Below, piece after piece: positions 38,860 through 57,570 of a stretch of DNA of 64,000 nt. The translations under genes were made by a program, and so were the position numbers. The DNA comes from the human T2T-CHM13v2.0 reference genome, Homo sapiens. Location of the stretch: NCBI RefSeq assembly GCF_009914755.1, contig NC_060936.1, one strand, 5' to 3'. Positions within the stretch are counted from its first letter, which is position 1. The number at the start of each line of letters is the position of its first letter. A model generated the notes under the pieces. The model was given only the letters and a program-made list of their open reading frames with translations, had not been told where the DNA came from and searched no databases.

Positions 38860-39605
38860 TATATAACATTCTTGAAATGGCAGAATTATAGAGCTAGAGT
38901 ATATGTAAGTGATTGCCCGGGGTGGGGGTGGTGTAGGGGTCAGGGATGACTATAAAGGGGCAACAGGAGGGAAGGGTTTGGGGTGGTGGAAATGTCCTAT
39001 ATCTCAATTGTGGCGGTTGCAGGAAATTCCGTAAGGTGGCAGAGAACCTCGCACGTGCATGTTTCATCCATGTCTATTTCCTGGAACCACACATATGCAC
39101 ATTGCATCCACGTCTGTTTCCTGGAACCACGCACACGCATGTTGCATCCACGTCTGTTTCCTGGAACCACACACGTGCACATTGCATCCATGTCTATTTC
39201 GTGGAACCACGCACGTGCACGTTGCATCCACATCTGTTTCGTGGAACCACACACGTGCACCTTGCATCCACGTCTGTTTCATGGAACCACGCACGTGCAC
39301 GTTGCATCCACGTGTGTTTCGTGGAACCACACACATGCACGTTGCATCCACATGTGTTTCGTGGAACCACGTACGTGCACGTTGCATCCACATCTGTTTC
39401 ACGGAATCACGCACATGCACGTCGCATCCACGTCTGTTTCGTGGAACTACACACATGCATGTTGCATCCATTTCTGTTTCCTGTCTTTGCTGGTGTATTC
39501 TGTTTATGGAGGATGTAGCCACTGGGGAAGCTGGGTGAGGGGGACATGGGACCTCTCTGTTCTTTCTTTGAAACTTCTTGTGAATCTGTAATTAAAAAAA
39601 AAAAC
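38860..39605 (+). mobile_element. Old L1M 3' end hosting the 40-bp minisatellite
   Basis: L1MC-like GGTGGAAATGTCCTATATCTCAATTGTGGCGGT before the array and ACTGGGGAAGCTGGGTGAGGGG...GGGACCTCTCTG...TGTGAATCTGTAATT after it. Confidence 0.7.
39051..39480. repeat. 40-bp minisatellite, ~10.7 copies (GTTGCATCCACGTCTGTTTCGTGGAACCACGCACGTGCAC)
   Basis: Exact 40-nt periodicity is visible. Confidence 0.97.
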
Positions 39606-40176
39606 CCACAATTATAATTAAAGGATTCTTCAGTTAATAAAAGCATTCCCGGTAGAAAATCTTATTTATTTATTTATTTTGAGACAGGTTCTTGCACTGT
39701 TGCTCAGGCTGGAGGTCAGTGGTGTGATCATGGCTCACGTGATCCTTTGCCTCAGCCTCCCAAGTAGCTGGGACTACAGACGTGTGCCACTATGCCTGGC
39801 TAATTTTTACGTTTTTGGTAGAGATGGAGGTCTCACTCTGTTGTCAGGGCTGGTCTTGAACTCCTGGGCTCAAGCAGTCCTCCCACCTCAGCCTCCTAAA
39901 GTGCTGAGATCACAGGCATGAGCCCCTGCACCGGGCCTAATAGAGAATCTTTACGCAGCACATGTTGTTAGTGTATATGTTCGGCTGACTCTTGCAGCCT
40001 TTCTTCTGTGTGAGGTTAAGTTGACCTGTATCTTGCTTGTGTTCCCTGCGTCTGTTTTCCCTGGGTGTAGATTAATAACCTGCATTGAAACAGGTGGGAT
40101 TTTTCATTCAGTGTCTGGCTTGCAACTTTTCTTTTTGCGGTGGTCTGTGTACAATTTACCCTTTTTCTCTTCCCAG

Positions 40177-40290
40177 GGGAAGGCAAAGAGGAAATTGTGA
40201 AGGTGACTTTTGAAGAGCTGAGGCAAGAAGTGGCTTTGTTTGCAGCAGCAATGAGGAAAATGGGTGTGAAGAAAGGAGATCGGGTTGTTG
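40177..40290 (+). CDS. AACS: AACS exon 4 (114 nt)
   Basis: cttcccag|GG; (R)[37 protein letters not shown], with the GVKKGDRV adenylate-forming enzyme motif; G|gtaagt donor. Confidence 0.98.
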
Positions 40291-40553
40291 GTAAGTATTT
40301 TGGGTGCTGGTGATGGTTTGAGGGAGGAGACCAAGGTAGAATGGGTGATGTGAAGGTCAAGACGGCTTTCAAATAAGGGGGAGTCATGTCATATTACATG
40401 GAACCTTGTGGGACTTGGACTCTACATGCAAGGAGAAAAAATAGACCAAGGAAAATTGCTGAAAGAATATGCTGCTCTGCGAAGGCAGGAATTTGCTTTG
40501 CTTTGTTCCCTGCTTTGTCCCAGAGCCTAAAACAATTCCAGGAACATCAAGGG

Positions 40554-40730
40554 AGTGCATTCAGTATGGCTTGCTGGAGGGATGAAGGCGCATTCAATAT
40601 GGGCTTGCTGGAGGGATGAAGGCGCATTCAGTATGGGCTTGCTGGAGGGATGAAGGCCCATTCAATATGGGCTTGCTGGAGGGATGAAGGCACATTCAAT
40701 ACGGGCTTGCTGGAGGGAGGAAGGCGCATT
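40554..40730. repeat. 34-bp minisatellite, ~5 copies (GGCGCATTCAATATGGGCTTGCTGGAGGGATGAA)
   Basis: Direct tandem units. Confidence 0.95.
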
Positions 40731-42071
40731 TAGGAGTTAGCCCTGCAGTGAGGCAGGGCAGGAAAGGGCAGTCTGGGCAGCAGAAACGGCCTGTGAAAGG
40801 CCTGGAGGCTGCTGAAGGCAGCAAGCAGGAGGCCACAGGCCTGGAGGCAGCAAGCAGGAGGCGTCTACACGGGCATTAGGAGCTCTGTGGGGTGGAACAT
40901 GGAGGGCAGGAGGTGGGGCAGGTGCCCAGGTCTGATCCCAAAGGCCTCGTCCACTTTCTTCCACTCTGCCTAGAGTTTCCTGAGGTGCTGGTCCGTTCTG
41001 ACGCCCTTCCCGCCTTGAGCCATAAAGCAAGGGAAGTAGGACCTAAGAGCAGGCCCCATTTGGGGATTGTTCTGGAAGGAGCAGGGGCTGGAATGTGTAG
41101 ACCTTGAGGCGTGGTTTGTCTTCCCACTCTGGGCCGGGGCTCTCCTTTGTTCCCTGGGATAGCAACTGAGGATTTCCCATGAAGAACTGCTTAGGTATTT
41201 TTCTTACAATTTTCCTTTCACCTTGACTTGTGGAAAAAATGTAAAGGCCTGTGCATGGACCTGTTCTTTACCCCAAACATACTTGTTAGTTAATTGAGAT
41301 GCAGGTAGGTGTGTACATGGGGATGAGCAGGTGCAGACGAAGGAGATTTATCTTCCAGTGCAGCCCTGGTGGTTGGGGCTCCCGACCTCCCTCCCTTTCC
41401 CCTCCATGTCATCGGACAAGGACCACAGGGGGCGGGTGGCAGGAAAAGCCACTGGGGAGGGGCTTGGGCTTTGGAGCCTTGGTGTTTGGCACGGGTGTGC
41501 CTCTCCCGAGGGAACTTACTGCAAATTGCCGTTCAGCTTGTTTGCAAAGAGGCAGGAGGAGCTGGGCGGCCTTGTCATCTATAAGTGCAGTAAGTGGCTG
41601 GACCAAGAATCCTGTGCGCCAGGCCCCACTACCCTGCCCCGCCTCCCCCTTGAGTAACAGGACTGGACATGGAGTTAGTGCTCAGCGTTTGGTAGCTGAC
41701 TAGGAAGGAATCTAGCGATGGGCATGCCGGCTGCCTCCTGTCTCAGCCCTTGGCGGCCTGTTCTCCTTCAGCCTATCCTCAGGGTTCACCCTGGCTTGTC
41801 GGGGTTGCCTCCTCAGAGGCCGTTCCTGGTTAGCCTTCGAAAAATGCATCCCACTCTTCCTGCAGCTGCTTTCATCATAGTCCTCATGGCTCACCTGAAC
41901 CTGCAGGGATCTTGGTGTGTTTGTGTGCGTGTGTTCTCCATACTAGAAGGCAGGGGCTTTGTTTTCTCCTCACTGCTGTATCTTCATAGAGAGTGCCTGG
42001 CACCTAGCAGCATCTAAGAAGTGTTTATTGAATGAATGACTATGGGTGTTGGGCTGATCATCAGAGCAGAC

Positions 42072-42375
42072 TTTTTTTTTTTTTTTTTTCTTTTTGAGAC
42101 AGGGTCTCACTCTGTTGCCCAGGCTGGACTGCAGTGGCGTGATCATGGCTCAACTGCAGCCTCGAACTCCTGGGCTCAAGGGATCCTCCTACCTCAGCCT
42201 CCTGAGTAGCTGGGACTACAGGCACGTGCCACCATGCCTGGCTAATTTTTGTATTTTTGGTAAAGACAGGGTCTTGCTATGTTGTCCAGGCTGGTCTCAA
42301 ACTTCTGGGCTCAAGAGATCCTCCTGCCGTGGCCTCCTAAAGTGTTGGGATTACAGGCATGAGCCACTGCGTCTA
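42072..42375 (-). mobile_element. AluJ in intron 4
   Basis: AluJ-type consensus. Confidence 0.9.
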
Positions 42376-43479
42376 GTCACAAAGCAGGCATTTTTGAGGC
42401 TGAAACCTCACTTTTTGGGTTCTTGGTCGTCTGATTTAATCTGTACACTTTTAAGGTCTTGCAAAGGAATGCAAAATGTTCTGTCCCCAGTTTTTTTCTT
42501 CCCTCCCAATTCTCATTTAAAAAAATCTTTTGAAGCAAACGTTTCTGAGTGAAGGAGAGACAAAACAGGTTATATTGGGGACAGCCAAGGTCCCTGTGAG
42601 CTATGCTTTCTTTGAGGAGACGCCTGGCCGCGATGCCCTGGACCCTTCAGAGGTGAGCTGGTTCCTTGTGTCCCAGCCATTTTGTGGGTCTCAGTTGGAT
42701 ACGGATTTGACCTGATCATAGTTACTAGGATTTGGGACTTTGAGTTTTCCAGAAAACACTAGAAAATGATTAAAATGGGGTTGGATGCTTTAGAGTCTTC
42801 AAAAGATGGAGTTAAAGCTGCGCCTAGCTCCGTTTTCCTTTGTCTGTGAAGTGGTTCCCAGGGTTGGCGTCTGATGTACCATGGGAGAAGGGCCAGCTCC
42901 TCCTCACTTGTCAGCCACATGGAGTCAGATGGTTAAGCAGCCTCCCCTGGGCACCGAGTCCTGCCCTGACCCTGGGGGTGACAGTGTTGAGATGCTTCAG
43001 TTTACGCTCATAGCCAAGTCTCATCTTCGCTGCAAACTCAGCCAACACCAACCATCTGCCGGATGTGGGTGGAACCCCATGGTGGTGTGACCCCTGCCCC
43101 TTGGATGCTTATGGCCCAGCAGGGGAGTCGCGTGTGAATCCAGACAAACAGAAACACCCACTGCAGGGGGGAGAAGGAGGGAAAAAGGGAGCCAGCTGAC
43201 TAGGGACCCCTGGGGGCACACCTGGGTAGCTGCACCTCGCTCTGATGAGGCCTTGTTCATGGCCCTTCGTCTCGTGACTGCCTTCTGCCCTACTGTACAG
43301 GTCCTTTCCTCTGGAATGTGTAGAGTGATCTGGTTAATTGATCATAGTCTCTGTGGCCATGAGGATTCCCTGCCTCTGTTGTCATGAAAGCCAGCCTGCT
43401 AGGAGATGGAGGGCCTGAGGACCTCTGCCCCTTATAGGCTTGAATATGGCTCTTGACAGTACTGCTTGTGTTCTTCATT

Positions 43480-44740
43480 CCCTCTCCTCTCTATCCATCC
43501 AACCAACCATCCACCAGTCCACCTGTCTGTGCAGCCATCCATCAACCCATCCATCTGTCCATCCATCTATCCATCCTTCTCTCCACCTACCCATCCATCC
43601 GTCATCCATCTATCCATCCCTTCATCTATCCTCCACCCATCATCTACCCATCCATCCATCCATCTTCCATTTATCATCCCTCACCATCATTTATCCATCC
43701 ATCCATCCATCCTGTCTATACATTCTTCTCTCCATCTACCCATTTACCCATTATCCATCTATCCATCCATTTATCTATCCTCCACCCATCATCTACCCAT
43801 TCATCCATGCATCCTCCATTCATCATCCCTCATAGATCATCCATCCAACTATCCATCCATCCATCTGTCTATACATTCTTCTCTCCACCTACCCATCCAT
43901 CCCTCATCCATCTATCCATCCACTCATCTATCCTCCACCCATTATCTACCCATTGATCCATCCATCTTCCATTTATCATCCATCATTCATCCATCCATCT
44001 ATCCATCCATCCGTCTATACATTCTTCTCTCTACCTACCTATTTACCCATCATCCATACATTCATCTATCTTCCACCCATCATCTACCCTCCACCCATCA
44101 TCTACCCATTCATCCATCCATCCTCCATTCATCATCCCTCATCCATCATTTATCCAACTATCCATCCATCTGTCTACACATTCTTCTCTCCACCTACCCA
44201 TCCATCCATCCATCCATCCATTCATCTATCTTCCACCCATCATCTACCCATTCATCCATCCATCTTCCATTTATCATCCCTCATCCATCATTTATCCTAC
44301 CATCCATCCATCCAACTGTCTATACATTCTTCTCTCCACCTACCCATTTATCCGTCATCCATCTATTCATCCATTCATTTATCCTCCACCCATCATCTAC
44401 CCATTCATCCATCTTCCATTCATCATCCTCATCCACCATCCATCCAACTATCCATCCAACTGTCTATACATTCTTCTCTCTACCTACCCATTCACCCATC
44501 TTCCATCTCTCCATCCACTCATCTATCCTTCACTCATTATCCATTCATCCATCCATCTTCCATTCATCATCCCTCATACATCATCCATCCGTCTATACAT
44601 TCTTCTCTCTGCCTACCCATTCACCCATCATCCATCTCTCCATCCATTTATCTATCCTCCATCTGTCATCCGTCCATTCATTCATCCATCCATCCTCCAT
44701 TCATCATTCCTCATCCATCATCCATCCATCCATCCATCTG
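43480..44740. repeat. (TCCA/TCTA/TTCA)n array with a ~145-bp higher-order unit
   Basis: Marker CTGTCTATACATTCTTCTCT recurs at 43712, 43865, 44011, 44170, 44316, 44460 and 44589. Confidence 0.95.
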
Positions 44741-45420
44741 CCAGCCGGCAAATATATGAGGACCCTTGATGTGCAGGGCATGGTAAAAGGCATTTGGTAA
44801 AGCAAAGAACAAGACAGGCAAAGTCCCAGCCCTCATGTGAGAACCAGATACTAGACGGCCAGTTACACAGGTGATTATTCATTTGCAGTTATGCTAAGTT
44901 TGGTGAAGGAGAAATACAGTGTGCTTTGCAGGTAACTAGTTGGGGGACCTGAGTTCACCGGGTTGGGGGCAAGACAGCCTTGGAGAAGGCTGCTCTGAGG
45001 AAGTTTCATTTGAGTGAAGAGCTGCAGGATGAGCGCACACTGAGTGGAGACTGCTGGTGTGCGTGGAGGAGTGTTCAGCAGATCAGACAGCTGTGCAAAG
45101 GCAGGAGGTGATTAGGACAACTGAGGAGTCGGAAGAAGGCTGCTGTGACCAGATCCCAGGGAGGGATGGGGAGCAGAGGGAGGAGAGCCCACGGGGTCAT
45201 TGTCATCAGAGCATGGAGAATGGATTGCAGGGGGATGGTGGGGAGTTGACAGGCTGGCAGCAGGCGATTCATCTGGGCGGGGGCTGGTGGTCAGGATCCT
45301 CAGGCAGTTCAAGGCCAGCCCCCTTCCCACTCTGACCTTGGCTCTCAGAGAAACCTTTTGGACATCTGCTACCTCCCATACACCCTGAACCCAAGGCTTC
45401 TTCCTATGTTTTCTCCACAG

Positions 45421-45518
45421 GTTATTTACCCAACAGTGAGCACGCTGTCGAGGCGATGCTGGCTGCGGCAAGCATTGGTGCCATCTGGAGCTCCACGTCC
45501 CCGGACTTCGGTGTGAAT
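45421..45518 (+). CDS. AACS: AACS exon 5 (98 nt)
   Basis: ttctccacag|GT; (G)[32 protein letters not shown]; AAT|gtgagt donor. Confidence 0.98.
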
Positions 45519-47618
45519 GTGAGTCAGGGTCTGTGACAGAGGGGGCACCCCTTGCCCTGTGAGCATCCTGGGCAGGGGCTGCATGGGCTGAATTCCCAGG
45601 GGAGCCGGACAGCAGCGTGAGCCCAGCGGGAGGAGGTGGCGTTGCAGCTGCCTCTATGGGGAAAGAAGCCAGAAGGACTTGCGTCTGGTTCTTCCTTTCA
45701 AGCAGTCCTGACGTTCCCCCACTCCTCGCCGTGTTCATCGAAGACGTGGGCAGGTGGCGTATGCAGCACCCAGTGTTGTTAAGGTCTAGTAAGGTCGAGC
45801 CCTGTCTTCCTCACCTGGGATTTAGTGACCACGTGAGGTTTGCTAAGTGTATGTCCTCTGAAGAGAGTTCTCTAGATTTTTGTTCTCAAAGTCCTGCCTG
45901 CAGAAGTTCCCCAGGACCTCCCTGTGTTGGTTTCTGCTGTTACCAGCCCCTTCCTCTGGACCCGTACTGTGTGGGTGTGCACTCCGGGAGGGTGGCCTCT
46001 CTGTCCCCAAACCACCCCAGGGTGTGTCCAGCTGCCCAGAGTGGCCCAGGCAGGGCCGGAAGCATGTGCTGATCCCCACTGGGGCCCCCCAGCCTATAGG
46101 TCTTTCCACGGGGCAAATGAAGCAGCCGCAGAGCGGGTCTTCCTGGGGCCCCCACTCCCCAGCCAGGGCCCTCTCCTGGCTGCAGAGCCTTGAGCGTCAG
46201 GGACCTTCAGGAGCCATGAGAACCTGTTACAGGACATGCAGCATCCGTGTCCCTGACCGCTCCTCCTGGTGCCAGCTGCCTCTGTTCTGGGCCAGGCCCT
46301 GTGCCGTCCGTCAGTCAGCAGCACCAGCTGCAGGTGTGGCCGCTGGCCCTTTAAAACCCAGTGCCCGGAGTTGGTGTCTGTGCTTGTCCACAGGTGAGGC
46401 TTTTGGGTGTGAGCTTAGAAATCATGTCTACTTAGAGGCTTGCTTTTTCAGTAAGGTTTTGGAGGAGGAGTGTCCTTTCTCCACACCGTGGGAGGAGAGA
46501 TCAGACACAGGCCCAGAGGAGTGAGACTGGCCAGCCGTGCATCAGGCCGCAGCACCAGCTGGGCTGATGATGGAGCCCTGCTGGGTTCAGGGAGGGCGTG
46601 GCCACCTTGTAGATCTGTACTGTGTGGCTGGATGGCCGTGCCCTGCCTTCTGGAACTTTCCTGTGTTCTTTCCCAGGCCATCTCACCCCAGGACCTCCCC
46701 AGGTCAGCAGGGACTGACCTGAGACAGAAACTCAACCTGTGGCCTCTCCTGTCCCTAGGGCCCTCTGTGGGGGCTGCCTGGGCTGCTGGGGCCAATGGTG
46801 TCCTTGTGGGAGGGTCTGGAGGGGTGGAGTTCCGGACTGGACACTCAGACCCCTCAGCCGACCTTGAGCCAGGCTGTCCAGGGCAGAGGGAAGGGCCCCA
46901 GGGTGAGACGGCAGGATGGCAGGGTGTGCTCAAGGCCGGGCAGGCTGGCTGCCTCTGCTCCATGTGGCTTCCTTGATCAGTGTCCATGGGCAAGTGCCCT
47001 GGTGTCCCCAGAGGGAGAATGGCAGCAGTGTTAGTGCAACTGCACAGATGGCAGGAGCCACGTTTGTGTGGAGCCGGGGACAGGGTGTGACCCTCCAGGC
47101 CAGCCCAGTAAGTGTTAGCTACTGTTTGAACTAGTCGGGAGATGGGTGTGTTTTGAGTTAAATTATGACTAACCTTTTGTAAATGGGTTGTGAGAGGCTG
47201 GGAGAGCCGTGTGTGGCAGGGGAGTGATCATGGCCTCCCAGAGCTGGAGTGTAGCCTCCTCCCCCTGGAGAGGTGATATCAGAGCAACTGGAATCGGCCT
47301 TTGGTGGTTTGTCTGAGGCCAGGGGGTGGAGAGAGGGAGAGCCTCTGACTCTGCATGGCTGCAGTGGCAGGGCTGGACCCCAGCCTGTCTCACAGCTGCA
47401 TCCAGCCTCGCTGGGTCATTGTCCTGTGCACGTCACTCCCCGCTGACTCCAGTCCGGCAGGATCTGCCCATCCTGGAAGGACTCAGGAGGGATGCATGGC
47501 TCTGTAGCAAACATGGTCTCGGGGACACTGCTTCCTGGCCGGGGTTGGTCCAGGGTTTTCTGGAATCACCGCCTCCCCGAGCCACCTCTGGAGTGGGAAG
47601 TGCTGGCCGAGCTGCTGG

Positions 47619-47637
47619 GCGCACTAGATGGCAGCAT
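47619..47637 (+). promoter_or_regulatory. Candidate CTCF motif
   Basis: GCACTAGATGGCAGCA versus consensus CCACYAGRKGGCRSY (one mismatch in the core). Confidence 0.55.
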
Positions 47638-48972
47638 GGCTCTGCTCACCCCATGGCTCCCGCAGCTTCTGGGAAGTGAACAGTCCCAGGCCCTGCGGCT
47701 ACGTCTCAGGTCAGAAAACAGGGCCACCTGCCCTCCTGCTGAGATGCTTCTCTCTGTCGCTCATTTTGCTAGTGTCCGAGGTATAGACTCCATCCTGCCG
47801 GAGACGGGGGTGTGTGTGACGCACGTTACTCGCACTCGAACTGAGATCCAGCCGGTTGGCAGGGAGTCTGTCGGCATTTGGTGGCTTCGTGGCAGGCATT
47901 ATTGGGCAGCACTCCTGGCCGTGTGCACCCAGCGTGGGAGGGCCTGCGTGGATGCCATGTTCATAGCGCTTGGTCCCACAGACACCTGGACACCCGCTGT
48001 CGGAGCTGAGTAAGGACCTGGCACAGGTCGACTGCGCGAAAGCCTCTGCTCACCCTCTATTTACCATCCTTGTTCAGGGGCTAAAACTAACAGGGATGAA
48101 TTCCTGGAGTTGCTGATGAGGTGGGGCTGGAACTGAGCCAAGGCTGATGGGTTCTGGGCTCGTGGACAGTTCCTGCATCGGTTTGCAGATCTCTACTTAA
48201 AAAAGAGATCCCGTTTTTAATTTCCATCATCACCATGTTAAACTTCAGACTGTGCCCCATTTTCAGTAAGGGGCGCTCTTCAGAAACTGCAATGAAGCGT
48301 GAATGTCTTCCCTTTGGAATCATGTTTTCTCTTGCTTTGAAATTATATTTCTTTGAATCTCAGAGAATATCGTAAAGGGAAATTGCCACTCTCCTACAAA
48401 TCCTGTGTTGACTTCTGGTCTCTGTTGATGGAGTCGCACCGTTGGACTCGTGGGTTCACACGCCTGTCCACTGAGAGCTCCTCGGCTGGCTGTGCTGGGT
48501 GCTGAAGGGACCCTCTCTGCTGCAGAGCCACAGACCGCAGTGGGCTGTCCAGGGAGTGCTGGGGCATCCGTCTTTACTCGATGACACTGGGGGAACGCGT
48601 TTCTGGCCTCCGTCACTCCCCTGTGCTTTACTTCTACCCATTCCATGCTCTCTCCCACCACTGCCCACCTCCTTCTGCCTGCTCTCTGCTGGCTGCCTGG
48701 GCATCTCAGCTTGCCTTACTAATGCTTTTGGGCTCGAAGGGCATCGCCAGGTTGGGGAAGTGCTCTGTTCTAAGGGTTCCCAACCTTTCCAGCCCCAGCA
48801 AGATCTCTAGGTCCTGAGTCTTTTGATGGCTTTGGGTTTTTTGTTTCACTGTTTACCTTTGAGCCTTTGCCATTTTCAGAGATGTCAGGGAAGGCCACCC
48901 TCTGATCCCTGCACACCAGAGAGCCCAGCCTGTAGCCTGCAGGCCTTGTCCTCCTGAAGTGCCATCAGGTGG

Positions 48973-48974
<2 letters not shown>

Positions 48975-49015
<41 letters not shown>

Positions 49016-49024
49016 TGTGTGTGT
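48975..49024. repeat. (GT)n microsatellite
   Basis: ~25 units with one interruption. Confidence 0.97.
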
Positions 49025-49774
49025 AAATAGGACAGCCATTCTCGCTCGCTCTGGGTGGCTGTCACCATGATTCAACACCGGCTGTTGGTTTCAATGCTTG
49101 ATTGGTTGCTAAGCACCGTATTCAGGTCAGACACATGTTCATAGGTGTGTTTGTTTTGTTGCAACATGAAAGCTGTCCTCGAGCAGCTCTCCTGGGCCAG
49201 GACAGGCTGACAGCTGGTTTTGGATGCTCGAGATCTTGATCCCTGCTGGTCCAGCCAGGAAAACTTCAGCTGTGTCAGAGGACCCCTGAGTCTTTTCATG
49301 GGGCTAGGGGCCAGACCTCTGATTCAGAAACACTCGTCTTTGTAGCCTGATCACTGTCACTGTGCCTGGGGTCCTGTGGTATTTGAGCCCCAGATCACTG
49401 GCAGGCTCAGTCCTTTCACCTTGAGATCCTGGTCACCCTGTACTGGGCTGGTTCTCTGAGATCCCAGTTTCCTTGTGGAAATTCTCTGCCGCCCTCCGGG
49501 GCTCTCCCAGGCTGGCTCTCTCTGTTTCTTCCCTGGCCTCAGGCTTCCTGGCAGGTCTTCCTCTGGGCCCCACTCCATCTGCCCCTGGGTGTTGATCTCT
49601 ATGTCCTCTGTTCAGAACAGCCTCTTCTCCCTCCCGCCTACTCTGTGGGACCTGCTTATTCTTGACGCTGGGCTTTGGAGATGCTGACTCCAGCGGCTTT
49701 CTGGGTTTCCTCCTCTTCCTCCTGATTCAGTCTGCTGCAGTATCTTAGCACCCGAATCTGTTCTGCTGTTTTGA

Positions 49775-56620
<6,846 letters not shown>

Positions 56621-56671
56621 TGGTTTTTGCCTTTTGGATGATCAATGATGACTTTTTCCTCCTGCTTTCAG

Positions 56672-56786
56672 GGTGTGCTGGACCGGTTTTCTCAAATTCA
56701 GCCAAAGCTCATCTTCTCTGTGGAGGCTGTTGTCTATAATGGCAAAGAGCACAACCACATGGAAAAGCTGCAGCAGGTGGTTAAAG
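56672..56786 (+). CDS. AACS: AACS exon 6 (115 nt)
   Basis: gctttcag|GGT; [38 protein letters not shown]; AAG|gtgtgt donor. Confidence 0.97.
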
Positions 56787-56992
56787 GTGTGTGGCCCTTC
56801 CGGCTCCCAGCCGGCATGGCTGGGTGTGTGTGTGGGTACATAAGAGTCTGCCAGGAGTCAATCTGGGTAGTCTCTGCCCCAGATTGTGTTATATTCTCTG
56901 CCCCAGATTGTGTTATATTTTGTGGAAAAAAAAAAAAGCAGCCAAGCATCTTTGTCCTGTAACCTTGTGTTTTCTCCTCTCGCTCCTTCCAG

Positions 56993-57074
56993 GCCTACCA
57001 GACTTGAAGAAAGTGGTGGTGATTCCTTATGTGTCCTCCAGAGAGAACATAGACCTTTCAAAGATTCCAAACAG
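56993..57074 (+). CDS. AACS: AACS exon 7 (82 nt)
   Basis: ccttccag|GC; (G)[26 protein letters not shown]; AG|gtaatg donor. Confidence 0.97.
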
Positions 57075-57394
57075 GTAATGTACCGCATTCTGACCCACAG
57101 GTCCGTGTGGACCCACTGGAGCTCCTGCGGGGAAGTAGGCCTCTGGATCTTCCACTTGGGGTCACTCAGAGAATTTTAGAAGTGGAGGAGGTTTTAGTTA
57201 AAAGCATCATTTTGTAGATAAGACACCTGAGGCCCCAGAGTGAATCCCCCAAGGCCACATAGTGAATGAGTGGCGGAAGAGAGACGGTCCCAGGCACCCT
57301 CACTCTTCCAATCTGGTGTCCCTTATGTAGGGGGCTCTGATGGGGCCAAGCCCACCTTCCTAGATTGGCCACAGAAATTTTGCATTGGAAATCA

Positions 57395-57570
57395 TGTTTA
57401 CATGTATGTGCACATGGTGCATGCACTGCACACGCATGCACACGACAAGGCACACACATATCTACACGTGTACACATGCATGTGCATTTACACACGTGCA
57501 TACGTGCACAGGTGCACATGCATGTGTACATGTGTATGGCTATGCATACATAAACACTCGTATATGTATT
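57395..57570. repeat. Degenerate alternating purine-pyrimidine (CA/TG/CG) tract
   Basis: CATGTATGTGCACATG...CACGTGTACACATGCATGTG... Confidence 0.85.

Noticed and set aside
38946-39591. Several 150-200 aa repetitive ORFs on both strands; the array looks superficially CRISPR-like
   Set aside because: Head-to-tail 40-bp minisatellite with no unique spacers, no cas genes and a eukaryotic context; the ORFs arise because the unit lacks stops
43466-44800. 444-aa ORF and overlapping His/Pro/Ser/Ile-rich ORFs
   Set aside because: Artefact of the G-poor (TCCA)n array, which rarely forms stop codons; low complexity and no promoter or splice context
45112-48817. Many 100-214 aa ORFs in the GC-rich intron 4/5 region
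   Set aside because: Expected by chance at this GC content; no recognisable domains and mutually overlapping on both strands
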